From Octopus bimaculoides (Eukaryota): a stretch of 45,437 bases of DNA. The position numbers were made by a program, and so were the translations under genes. The notes beneath the pieces are model-generated. The model had not been told where the DNA came from. It was given only the letters and a program-made list of their open reading frames with translations, and ran no database searches. Below, piece by piece: positions 34,409-45,437 of this stretch. Numbering within the stretch: position 1 is the stretch's first letter; each line of letters begins with the position of its first letter. The stretch lies in NCBI RefSeq assembly GCF_001194135.2, contig NC_068984.1, positions 122,404,078 to 122,449,514 on the forward strand, written 5' to 3'.

Positions 34409-35063
34409 NNNNNNNNNNNNNNNNNNNNNNNNNNNNNNNNNNNNNNNNNNNNNNNNNNNNNNNNNNNNNNNNNNNNNNNNNNNNNNNNNNNNNNNNNNNN
34501 NNNNNNNNNNNNNNNNNNNNNNNNNNNNNNNNNNNNNNNNNNNNNNNNNNNNNNNNNNNNNNNNNNNNNNNNNNNNNNNNNNNNNNNNNNNNNNNNNNNN
34601 NNNNNNNNNNNNNNNNNNNNNNNNNNNNNNNNNNNNNNNNNNNNNNNNNNNNNNNNNNNNNNNNNNNNNNNNNNNNNNNNNNNNNNNNNNNNNNNNNNNN
34701 NNNNNNNNNNNNNNNNNNNNNNNNNNNNNNNNNNNNNNNNNNNNNNNNNNNNNNNNNNNNNNNNNNNNNNNNNNNNNNNNNNNNNNNNNNNNNNNNNNNN
34801 NNNNNNNNNNNNNNNNNNNNNNNNNNNNNNNNNNNNNNNNNNNNNNNNNNNNNNNNNNNNNNNNNNNNNNNNNNNNNNNNNNNNNNNNNNNNNNNNNNNN
34901 NNNNNNNNNNNNNNNNNNNNNNNNNNNNNNNNNNNNNNNNNNNNNNNNNNNNNNNNNNNNNNNNNNNNNNNNNNNNNNNNNNNNNNNNNNNNNNNNNNNN
35001 NNNNNNNNNNNNNNNNNNNNNNNNNNNNNNNNNNNNNNNNNNNNNNNNNNNNNNNNNNNNNNN

Positions 35064-35125
<62 letters not shown>

Positions 35126-35399
35126 TGTGTAGGTAAAATAGCACAAATGGAACGAGGGGAAAAGAGATGAACAAATAGGAATTAGACATCGAGAATATAT
35201 ATCTTACAAACGTGATTCGTCATAGCTGCCATATATTTCACTCACTGCGAGTTCTTCATCCAGTAAAATTCTTCATATGTTTGTAGTAGCTCGCACTGAG
35301 CGAAATACACGGCCATCTGTCACGAATCATTTAAAATTTAATATATCTACGCTCACCACATTACCTCGCATTCATTTATTCCAAACATTTACACAGAAT

Positions 35400-36170
35400 A
35401 AGGTTTCTCACTTTTAGTTTTTTTTCTCTCCTTCACTTCCTCAGTCCCCTACCCCTTCACTCCTTCACTATTTCACTCTGTCACTTCTTTACTCTCTCCC
35501 TCACTTATTCTTTCTTTCCCTCACTCGTTTACTCGTTCGCGCACGTACTCATTCACTTACTCAGGCCTTCATTCACTCTTTTACTCACCCGGCACACTCT
35601 TACTCCATTCACTAAATCCATCCTTCACTCAGTTCTTCATTTATTCATTTTTTTCATTTACTCATTCACTCGCTCGCTCGCTCACTCATTCATTCACTCA
35701 GTCTTTCATTCACTCACGCCTAACTCACTCGCTCTTTTACGTCTTCCTTCACCCACTTCATTCACTCACTCACTCACTCCTTCACTCACTCACTCACTCA
35801 CTCACTCTTTCACTCACTCATTCCCCACCCATTTATTTCCTCCTTCACTCACTCCTTCCTTCACTCACTCCTTTCCTCTTTCCTTCACTCACTCCTTTCC
35901 TCTTTCCTTCACTCACTCATTCCCCACCCATTTATTCCCTCCTTCACTCATTCCTTCCCTCACACCCTCCCTTACGCCTTAACCCTTCAATTTCCTCCCT
36001 CCTACTCTCACTCACTCCTTAGCCCTTTCCTCATTCCCTCTTTCCTTCCTTCCTTCCTTCCTCCCTCTCTCCCTCACTCACTCACTCTTCGTCTTTTTCC
36101 CTTATCACCTCCCGATGTTTTCAAGGTTCTCCCTCCCTTCCCTTCCCTTAACCTTACTCATCCGCCTACA
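35400..36170 (+). repeat. Pyrimidine-rich cryptic simple repeat (CACT/CCTT/CATT) with local duplications
   Basis: Very few G on the plus strand over about 770 bp; repeated CTTCACTCACTC blocks. Confidence 0.85.
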
Positions 36171-36171
36171 G

Positions 36172-36248
36172 AAATACCGTTTGTCAGCTTCCTAAGTTCT
36201 CTTCTTACACCACACCTTTCGGACGGACCTCGATAAATACCCCTTCAC
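36172..36248 (+). CDS. Possible 77-bp internal exon (NTVCQLPKFSSYTTPFGRTSINTPS)
   Basis: CCGCCTACAG acceptor after a long pyrimidine tract, one open frame and a CAC|GTGAGC donor. No recognised homology. Confidence 0.2.
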
Positions 36249-38105
36249 GTGAGCAAGCTAACTGAGAAAGAAGCCGACCATATGTTTATTTTAAATTAGT
36301 AGGATTCATATGTTAATGTTCTTTTTTGTTTTTTTACCATCCTTTTTATAGTACACACTCATAAAAAGTTTAGAAAATTACAACACATTTTGAAGAATGT
36401 TTAGAGAATAAATACATCCCGTAAATCTATAATTCTAATAAATCTTAAAACTTCTAAAGTTCTTTTCTAAACGAAGGAGGACTATCATCGGTCGGTCGTC
36501 TGCCTCTTCTAGTTAGTTGTCTGCTTTGCGGTGAAGAGGGAACTCTGTCTCCTCTTTGCCATATATAGTTGTGTTTACATATCTTCACTCTTTCTTCTTC
36601 ACTAAATATGGTGCTACTCATTCGACTGTTGATATCAGTCAAAGAGAGAGAGAGAGACAAAGCGGAGGAAGATAGAGTGAGAGAGAGAGAAGGGGGATGA
36701 AAAAGTGAGATACAGAGAGAAAAGCGGTAATTTAAAAATGAAAATATATAAAAAAATGTTTAGTTATATAACAATTAAATAATAAATAATAAAATAAATT
36801 GACTGACTGTCGAAAAGAAAATACTTTAAGATATTTGAATGAAATGTATTTATTTTGCGTTGAGGCTCGGTGAAAAAATAACGAAAACAAATATTTTTCT
36901 TAAAGCCTTATAAACACCAGTCTTGTGGAGTCACTAGAGATGTATTTATAACAAGCGAAAGACGTCTCCTTCGATTAACTATGGTTTCAGGATGGACTAA
37001 ATTAAATGCTGCTGCTACTACTACTACTACTACAAGGTTTGAAGTTTTAAGTTCACTGACAAACGTAATATTTCCCTATGTAATATCAGCAAAATTAGAT
37101 AAATAAAGAAAGAAAAAAAGAAAGAAAGGAAAAAAGAAGGAAAGGCGTCCAAACTGTTTTGTAGTATTTAATTACATATGTTGATTGAGTTCAAACTCTG
37201 CCAGCAGTGATGGAAATGGGGGTGAAGTATGCAGGGGTACGGTGTTCCTCCACTTTTCAGCTCACGGGGTAGGGTTGGCTTATGGTGTCTTGTCCACCTT
37301 CCCAGCTTCAGTCTCTCGGCCTTAGTATACTCCTAATTCCTAATACCTACTTCCATCATAGTCTGGTTGTATCACCTTTTGTCTTTATTCTTCTAATATC
37401 AGCAAAGTTTGTAACCCAGGCCAGTGCCATNNNNNNNNNNNNNNNNNNNNNNNNNNNNNNNNNNNNNNNNNNNNNNNNNNNNNNNNNNNNNNNNNNNNNN
37501 NNNNNNNNNNNNNNNNNNNNNNNNNNNNNNNNNNNNNNNNNNNNNNNNNNNNNNNNNNNNNNNNNNNNNNNNNNNNNNNNNNNNNNNNNNNNNNNNNNNN
37601 NNNNNNNNNNNNNNNNNNNNNNNNNNNNNNNNNNNNNNNNNNNNNNNNNNNNNNNNNNNNNNNNNNNNNNNNNNNNNNNNNNNNNNNNNNNNNNNNNNNN
37701 NNNNNNNNNNNNNNNNNNNNNNNNNNNNNNNNNNNNNNNNNNNNNNNNNNNNNNNNNNNNNNNNNNNNNNNNNNNNNNNNNNNNNNNNNNNNNNNNNNNN
37801 NNNNNNNNNNNNNNNNNNNNNNNNNNNNNNNNNNNNNNNNNNNNNNNNNNNNNNNNNNNNNNNNNNNNNNNNNNNNNNNNNNNNNNNNNNNNNNNNNNNN
37901 NNNNNNNNNNNNNNNNNNNNNNNNNNNNNNNNNNNNNNNNNNNNNNNNNNNNNNNNNNNNNNNNNNNNNNNNNNNNNNNNNNNNNNNNNNNNNNNNNNNN
38001 NNNNNNNNNNNNNNNNNNNNNNNNNNNNNNNNNNNNNNNNNNNNNNNNNNNNNNNNNNNNNNNNNNNNNNNNNNNNNNNNNNNNNNNNNNNNNNNNNNNN
38101 NNNNN

Positions 38106-38380
38106 CACAGACACGTGTACCCTTAACGTAGTTCTCGGGGATATTCAGCGTGACAAGGTTGGCCCTTTGAATTACAGGCACAACAGAAACAGGAAGTAAG
38201 AGTGAGAGAAAGTTGTGGTGAAAGAGTACAGCAGGGTTCGTCACCATCCGCTGTTGGAGCCTCGTAGAGCTTTAGGTGTTTTCGCTCAATAAACACTCAC
38301 AACGCCCGGTCTGGGAATCGAAACCGCGATCCTATTACCGCGAGTCCGCTGCCCTAACCACTGGGCCATTGCGCCTCCAC
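38106..38380 (-). mobile_element. SINE family B, tail lost in gap
   Basis: Near-identical to 9852-10244 from the head to GACACGTG. Confidence 0.92.
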
Positions 38381-38923
38381 TAGCTTACTGCCTTAAAGAG
38401 ATTCTAAATTAAAAAAAAAAGAATCTATTTTTATCGAACTGTCAATATTTTTATGGATTCTTCTGCGTATTTGAAAAGCCAATATGCGATCAGCTAGCAT
38501 GGAGGAATGGGTTGGCACACACAAGCTGGTCGCCATTGATTTTCTAGATGCGTATTCCATTATAAAGTCGAATTATAATTATTTTATGGCTCCAACTGTA
38601 TATTTAAAGGACCAAGGTATATAGACTAGCTAGAACGGTGGTAGCAGGAAGCTAATCGAGATAAATGCGAATTCTGCTATTTATTATCTTATATAAACAT
38701 TGACATTTGCCTGCTGTCCGACATGTTTGAGATATTTATAAAGTTAACCATGAAAAAGCGATGACTAGTACACAGTAAATTGTGGTAAATTTGAATACAT
38801 AGACCCTGCATACGTTTTAAACCAATCCTAAAAATGCAAAGCTTATATGGCAAGAATATTACGCGAATTCACAAATATATATATAGCCTTGTTACTTGAC
38901 TAATTAAATTATTTTCTCAATAT

Positions 38924-39310
38924 TAGGCGCAGTCGTGGTTGTGAAGTAGAAATTTGCTTCCCAACAACATGGTTCCGGGTTCAGTCCCACTGTGTAGTAC
39001 CTTGGGCAAGTGTCTCCGACTATAGCCTCGGGCTGACCAAAGCTTTGGAATTGGTAAAAGGGAACTGAAAGAAGCCCGTCGTATATATATATATATATGG
39101 GTGTGTGTGTGTGTCTGTGTCTGTGTCTGTCTCCCACCACCGCTTGACAACCGGTGTTGGTGTATTTACGCTCCCGTAACTTAGCATTTCGGCAAAAGAG
39201 ACCGAAAGAATTAGTACCAAGCTTAAATAAAAGTACTGGGATCGATTCGTTCGACAAGGCGATACCCCAGCTTGACCACAGTCAAATGTCAGAAACAAGT
39301 AAAAACTAAA
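38924..39310 (+). mobile_element. SINE family A, full length
   Basis: tRNA-like head, AAAGAAGCCCGTCG, internal (TA)n(TG)n and a tail ending GAAACAAGTAAAA. Confidence 0.88.
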
Positions 39311-39508
39311 TGATATTAATTAGATAATTATTTTCTTAATACACAAGCTTAATAAATGTAAATTTGCTTTTTGTTTTGTTCTAACCATGAAATTTTTAAT
39401 TGTTTCTGCAATAAATTCATAATAGGTTTTTGCATGTTTAAAAATCTCGATTTGATTAAAGGGTGAAATTTACGCATTACGGGGTCTATAGTATATTGGT
39501 AATAATCT

Positions 39509-39713
39509 AGCTGGCAGAATCGTTAGCAAGCCGGGCGAAATTCTTAGTGGTATTTCGCCCTTGGCTACGTTCTGAGTTCAAATTCCACCGAGGTCAACTT
39601 TGCCTTTCATCCTTTCGAGGTTGATAAATTAAGTAACAATTGAACATTGGGGTCGATGTAATCGACTAGTCACCTCCCCCCAAATTTTAGGCCTTGTGTC
39701 TATAGTAGAAAGA
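39509..39713 (+). mobile_element. SINE family D with 16-bp TSD
   Basis: ATATTGGTAATAATCT (39493-39508) and ATATTAGTAATAATCT (39714-39729). Confidence 0.9.
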
Positions 39714-40148
39714 ATATTAGTAATAATCTGATTCTTTCAACTGATCATATTTATGATAGAAATAATAATTTCGATCAATCATTGTTTGACATGTTTAATG
39801 CATCGAAATAAAAATAAAAAAATAGAATCACAAGTTTCTTTATTGATATCTATCAGCAATTTAATTATTGCAATTTGTTTAATTTAAACGTATAATAGTT
39901 CTCAGAAGTAACCCGAATTTTACATCAAAGCCCAAACGACTAGTCGTCCATGAAAGTTAAAAGCCGTAATTACACTATTAATAGTAGAATAAACGTAGAA
40001 TCACTGAATCGGAATTGATAACTTGGATTTGCAAACATTTAATTTAAAGCGTATTGGATCTCAGAAGCATCCTGCGTATTGTATTAATCCTAAATACCAA
40101 ATACCCAGTCATTCATAAAAGTTGGAAGTATTACAGTACTATTATAAT

Positions 40149-40344
40149 TCTTTCTCGTACAAGGCTAGCAATTTTGAAGAGAGAGGGAAGTCGATTTGCT
40201 CATTTGGTACTTATTTTACCGATCCCGAGAAAATGAAAGCAAAGTCGACGTTGGTAACATTTGAACTCAGAGCGTAAAGGGTCAGAAGAAATGGTGGTTA
40301 ATCATTTTTGTCCAGAGTAGTAACGACTCTGCCAGCTGTCCGCC
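40149..40344 (-). mobile_element. SINE family D with TSD of at least 14 bp
   Basis: AGTACTATTATAAT at 40135-40148 and 40349-40362. Confidence 0.85.
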
Positions 40345-40556
40345 TTATAGTACTATTATAATAATTTCAAATTTTGGCAAAGGGCTTTGTCAATGGTCTG
40401 AACACTTGTCTGATCTCGCTAGAGTGCGAATTTGACCAAAGCTACAAAGCCCATTGCGAGCAAGATATGTGTCATTTGATAATGGGGAAATCAGTATTTT
40501 TATTCTAAGTGGCTTTTCTGAACTTGCCACCTCTGGAATATGAGTATATATATATA

Positions 40557-40661
<105 letters not shown>

Positions 40662-40909
40662 GTGTGGTGTATAAGAAAATGAGATACAAAGGAAAAAAAA
40701 CCGGTTATGTTATGAACTTCATTAGCTTACAGCTGTTTCTATTTTAAAATGCAGTGGACTTTATAACACCCATCGAAGTTCACAACATAATCGTTTTTTC
40801 TTTTGTCATCTCATTTTCTTATTACCGTTCTGTACTCGTTTAACACTTCATTCTGAAGCGCACATATATTGTATGTATGTATGTATGTATGTATGTGCAT
40901 GCACACACA

Positions 40910-41230
40910 AGTAAAGACCTCCTTCGGCCATGAAAGTCCATGAGATTGCACCGAGAAAGTTCCCCTCCGAGGCACAAGTCTGGGCAAGGTTGTTTATGGA
41001 AGACCGGCAACCTCTACTCTCCACATCACCGATGTGATCTAAGGGAAAGGCAAAGGCCGATACAGCTTGGAACCAGTGACGTCGCAACTCATTTCTACAG
41101 ATGAGTGAACTGAAGCAACATGAAATAAAGTGTCTTGCTCAAGAACACAACACATACAGCCTGGTTGGGGAATCGAAGTCACTACCTCGTGAGTGTAAGC
41201 CAGATGCTCTAACCACTGGGCCACGCGCCT
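40910..41230 (-). mobile_element. SINE family C (CORE-like)
   Basis: Head GGCGCGTGGCCCAGTGGTTAGAGC, then TTGAGCAAGACACTTTATTTCATGTTGCTTCAGTTCACTCATCTGTAGAAATGAG. Confidence 0.85.
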
Positions 41231-42313
41231 TCACTAAACACACACACACACACGCGCGCGAACATGTATGTATAATAATTAAATTCAAAGTGAGACATAG
41301 AAGCGATTAGCACACACACACACATATCCGTTAATCAAAATTATATGTTTGTGTACGTGTGTATGTGTGTGTACGCGTTCATGTCTTTGTATTCGTTGAA
41401 CCTTTTCACAAGGTACATTGTGAGACGTTCTTCATTGCACTTCGATAAACTGCGCCCCTTTACAATTGCTTTGTTTCCTGCTATTTCATTTAAGGATTAT
41501 ATAAGTCCTTCTCTCAAGGCCCTTTCTTTATCACCTTAACTATACCCCCATCTCTATTCCTTTCTCCGTATTTCTTCAGCTTTCTCTGACGCATTTATTT
41601 TTCTTTCTAATGAATATCGATTTTTTTCTGTCTGCATATTTTTTGTTTACATCTGTATATATTGTCGATATATTGTAGTTATTATTGTCCAATTATAGAT
41701 TTTTTCCCCCCGTTACTTAACTCTTCCACCACAAAACTCATCTACAATTTCTATTTTTAAAGAAAACGGGACAAAAAAAAAAAAGAATTTGAATGTGGCT
41801 GCTTGCAATTCTAGAAATAGCAGCCAAATTTCGCTCAAATTATGCACCACCGGTTTAAAAGAGGAACACATCAGACTGTACAGTAGTCCTAAGTAAAAGA
41901 AGAAGAAGAAGAAGAAGAAGAAGAAGGAGGAGGAGGGNNNNNNNNNNNNNNNNNNNNNNNNNNNNNNNNNNNNNNNNNNNNNNNNNNNGAGGAGGAGGAG
42001 GAGAGAAGGAGGAGGAGGAGGAGGGGAGATGGAGGAGGAGAGATGGAGGAGGAGGAGGATGAGGAGGATGAGGAGAATGAGGAGGATGAGGAGGATGAGG
42101 AGGATGAGGATGAGGAGGATGAGGATGAGGAGGAGAAGTGGAGAGATGTGTGGATCGGTATTGGTACGAGACAATCAGCTCCGAGAAATGGAGGCCATTA
42201 TATAGCGGGATTGACCTTGGTCAAACAACATCAGTTTAAAAGGAAGAAAAACTTATGCGTCAGGTAGAATCGTTGGAGCGTCGGAAAAAATGCTTTGCGG
42301 TTATTTGTTTAAA

Positions 42314-42545
42314 CGCAAGAGTAGCTATCTGGAAAGAAGTTTGCTTCCCAATCGCATGGTTCTGGGTTCAGTCTCAGTGCGTGAAACCTTGGCAGGTGTC
42401 TTCTACTATAGCCTAGGGTTGGCCAAAAGTTTGTGACTGAATTTGGTAAACAGACACTGAAAGAAGCCTGTTGTATATGTATGTGTGTGTGTGTGTGTGT
42501 GTGCTTATTTGTCCCCTCACTATCGCTTGGCAACTGGTTGGATTA
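42314..42545 (+). mobile_element. SINE family A, 3'-truncated
   Basis: AGAAGTTTGCTTCCCAATCGCATGGTTCTGGGTTCAGTC through the internal (TG)n to TTTGTCCCCTCACTATCGCTTGGCAAC. Confidence 0.85.
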
Positions 42546-42639
42546 ACGTACACATACACACACACGTACAAGCACATACACACACACACAAACACGCACA
42601 TACGAACACGCAGACGCACACAAGCACCCCCACACACAT

Positions 42640-42808
42640 ACATATACGACGGGCTTCTTTCAGTTTCCGTCAACCAAATCCACTCACGAGGCTTTGGTCG
42701 GCCTCGAAGCTATAGTAGAAGACAGTTGCCTAAGATGTCACACAGTGGGACCGAACCTGGAACCATGCAGTCGAGAAGCACACTTCTGTCACAGCTACAC
42801 TTGAGCCT
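42640..42808 (-). mobile_element. SINE family A, head half, inverted relative to its neighbour
   Basis: TACGACGGGCTTCTTTCAGTTTCCGTCAACCAAATCCACTCAC...GGACCGAACCTGGAACCATG. Confidence 0.85.
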
Positions 42809-43122
42809 ATGTACAGATGTTTACATAACATACATGTGCATACTACAGAGGCATACAGATACACACACTCATTGCATACGTTCGTGCGTTTTGGTTCAGA
42901 GTAAAACTATCGAACATATATATATATATCTTTCCTGTCACAAACGGTAAAGCACATAGACGCCTATGACACTGTATTACGTCGTGTTGCCTGTGTATGG
43001 CAATTTATATCAATACACGAGTACATCTGATTCATTCTCCGCTGAAAACCCAAATTGCTTTATATCTTGTACAAACAACGTAAAAATAATAGAGACATTT
43101 TTCTTAATCGATACCATTAGCT

Positions 43123-43136
43123 GTTGTCATGGTAAC
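43123..43136. promoter_or_regulatory. RFX-binding X-box motif in a CpG-rich patch
   Basis: GTTGTCATGGTAAC fits GTHNYY-AT-RRNAAC exactly and is followed by GCGCACGAACTACCGACGACGCC. Confidence 0.5.
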
Positions 43137-43604
43137 GCGCACGAACTACCGACGACGCCTTGAATGGACTCATTGAATGGCTATGAAGAGAAAGTCCCGG
43201 ATGTATCCCACGTTGAGTCACTTCTCTTAGAAAACAGGGGTCTATTGGACGTCTACTCTGTTCGGATGTCGACTTGGCCAATTGTTAAAACATGCAGTTA
43301 ATACATACAGTATTTTTCAGTTAGATTGTTGTTTGCTGTTTAATTCCAGTTTAGAGTGATCTTTCGGTAAAAGAACGTGAAATGTCCGACAAAAATGAAA
43401 GAGAAAAAAATGATAATTTGCAATAGTAATGTGAGAACACTAGGTCGGCATTTCATATATATTATTATCTTACATAGACCACGGATTTATTGGGATGTAA
43501 AAATGATATAGCAATTATTACAACTGAGATCTCGTGTGTGTATGTGCGTGCGTGGGTCTGTGTGTGTGTGTGTGCATTTGTGTTTCAAATAATAGTAATA
43601 ATAA

Positions 43605-43820
43605 TACCTTCTACAACACGATCAATGCCTGAAATTCTTGGATGGGGTGCTAGTCGGTTACATCGACCTCAGAGCTGCTCAAATAGTTATTATATCGACC
43701 TCCAAAGGGATGAAAAGCAGAGTCGACCTCAGCGATATTTGAACTCAGAATCTAAAGGCTGACGAAATGACGTTCAGCATTTTGTCCGGCATGTTACGGA
43801 TTCTGCCAGGTCGCCGCCTT
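43605..43820 (-). mobile_element. SINE family D
   Basis: Reverse complement of the head (TCGCCGCCTT at 43811-43820), plus central and tail regions. Confidence 0.85.
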
Positions 43821-44220
43821 CAAAAAAAAAAAAAAAANNNNNNNNNNNNNNNNNNNNNNNNNNNNNNNNNNNNNNNNNNNNNNNNNNNNNNNNNNNNNNN
43901 NNNNNNNNNNNNNNNNNNNNNNNNNNNNNNNNNNNNNNNNNNNNNNNNNNNNNNNNNNNNNNNNNNNNNNNNNNNNNNNNNNNNNNNNNNNNNNNNNNNN
44001 NNNNNNNNNNNNNNNNNNNNNNNNNNNNNNNNNNNNNNNNNNNNNNNNNNNNNNNNNNNNNNNNNNNNNNNNNNNNNNNNNNNNNNNNNNNNNNNNNNNN
44101 NNNNNNNNNNNNNNNNNNNNNNNNNNNNNNNNNNNNNNNNNNNNNNNNNNNNNNNNGAAGAAGAAGAAGAAGAAGAAGAAGAAGAAGAAGAAGAAGAAGA
44201 AGAAGAAGAAGAAGAATTCC

Positions 44221-44520
44221 TTAAAATTTGAAATAGGAAGAATTTGGAGCATGAGAACAGTAAAGGTCGCGCCTATAATAATTCGTGCGTTGGGAACAGT
44301 AAGCAAAGATATAGACAAATGGCTGAAGGAGATTGAAACAGAATGCCTGCAGAGAGTTTGTCTCTTAGGAATAGCAAAGATTATCAGGAGGGTTTTAAGC
44401 ACTTGAAAGGCAGCTGGAAATTTGTGGACACCTAAGGTTATAGGTAGTAACCCGCTACCTATATAAATCCTACCAGGAATAAAACCGAACCTGAGCCAAA
44501 CCAAAATGATAATAACAATG
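44221..44520 (+). pseudogene. R4/Dong-like non-LTR retrotransposon, 5'-truncated: ORF C-terminus and 3' UTR
   Basis: Open frame 44221-44406, LKFEIGRIWSMRTVKVAPIIIRALGTVSKDIDKWLKEI...LQRVCLLGIAKIIRRVLST*, matches the R4-clade C-terminal pattern. Confidence 0.85.
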
Positions 44521-44534
44521 ATCATCACAACAGC

Positions 44535-44748
44535 CCTTTCTTCTACAGGTACAAGACCTGAAATTTTGGGCAAGTTTGTTAGTCGATTACATTGACCCCA
44601 CTACTAAACTGGTAATCATTTTATCGACCCAGAAAGGATAAAAGGCAAATTCGACCATCGGAGGAATTTGAACTCAGAACATAAAGACGGACGAAAAGCT
44701 GCTAAATACTTTGTCCGACGCTCTAACAATTCTGCCCACTCGTTGTCT
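44535..44748 (-). mobile_element. SINE family D adjoining an (AAT)n array
   Basis: Central and head regions match family D; (TAA)n at 44749-44845. Confidence 0.85.
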
Positions 44749-44771
44749 TAATAATAATAATAATAATAATA

Positions 44772-44847
<76 letters not shown>

Positions 44848-45194
44848 TGGTTTCTTAGATAGGGACAAGGCCTAACATTTGGTGGAGAGGTAACAGCTAA
44901 TTGCATCGACCGCAGTACTTGACAATAATGTTTAATATTCGGACGTCATCCTTCAGAAAATTACTATTTCTATTCATCTGTAACGTCTTTAAATATTTGA
45001 ATTCAAGAAAATTATGTGAAAAACGATTCCTAATATTGAATTCAATTCATTGTTTTGCATTATAAAATGAATATTTCTTTATTTGAAAATACTTTAATCT
45101 CCGAAAGATTGTATTCAATGCAATATTGACAAAATTCGAGGCAAGGATTTGTGTTGTAATAAGTACGGCAATCTACCAGCCTTTCATCTATCTG

Positions 45195-45271
<77 letters not shown>

Positions 45272-45272
<1 letters not shown>

Positions 45273-45436
45273 GCCAGCTTCCGCAGTAGTGGCTCGAGAG
45301 TCAATACGTACAGGAGCGACGAGAGGGGGCATCCCTGACGGACCGAACGTGCAATGTCGAATGGTCTTGATAGGTGCCCATTGACGCGAACTACCGAACG
45401 GATGCCCCTGTACAAGGCAGCCATCCAACCGCGGAA
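45272..45436 (-). pseudogene. L1/Tx1-clade reverse transcriptase fragment (continues beyond the window end)
   Basis: Uninterrupted frame FRGWMAALYRGIRSVVRVNGHLSRPFDIARSVRQGCPLSSLLYVLTLEPLLRKLA with the RQGCPLS motif. Confidence 0.9.
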
Positions 45437-45437
45437 A

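Noticed and set aside
40390-40530. Minus-strand open frame after a TATTCCAG acceptor (EVASSEKPLRIKIL...)
   Set aside because: No good donor and no recognisable homology; it lies between a SINE and a microsatellite.
45325-45410. GGGGCATCC...GGATGCCCC stem suggesting a structured RNA
   Set aside because: It falls inside Tx1/L1 RT coding sequence on the minus strand.

Overview
AT-rich, microsatellite-saturated eukaryotic DNA with 14 N gaps. The repeat families look like those of a coleoid cephalopod, probably Octopus; this is inferred from recognising the repeats and was not verified. I find no intact host protein-coding gene. Most ORFs in the supplied track are microsatellite or N-gap artefacts. 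The recognisable content is transposable-element debris: a DD37D (maT-type) transposase pseudogene, mariner fragments, two Tc1/mariner MITEs, a Gypsy protease-RT fragment, two very short solo LTRs, R4/Dong-like, RTE, L1/Tx1 and Penelope-like fragments, and about 30 copies or fragments of five tRNA-derived SINE-like families (my working labels A-E). The most interesting object is a ~550-bp fold-back at 28064-28610. Its loop is a tRNA-like Pol III promoter. Each arm is an (AAT)n tract plus a ~175-bp tail carrying a minimal type I hammerhead ribozyme of the Penelope-associated kind, suggesting a SINE-like, ribozyme-bearing element mobilised by Penelope machinery. Also notable: a second unrelated hammerhead (17171-17203), a Penelope YRDD RT fragment, a triply nested insertion stack in an R4-like LINE (21915-23327) and a perfect RFX X-box in a CpG-rich patch (43123-43136). 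All alignments and translations were done by eye.
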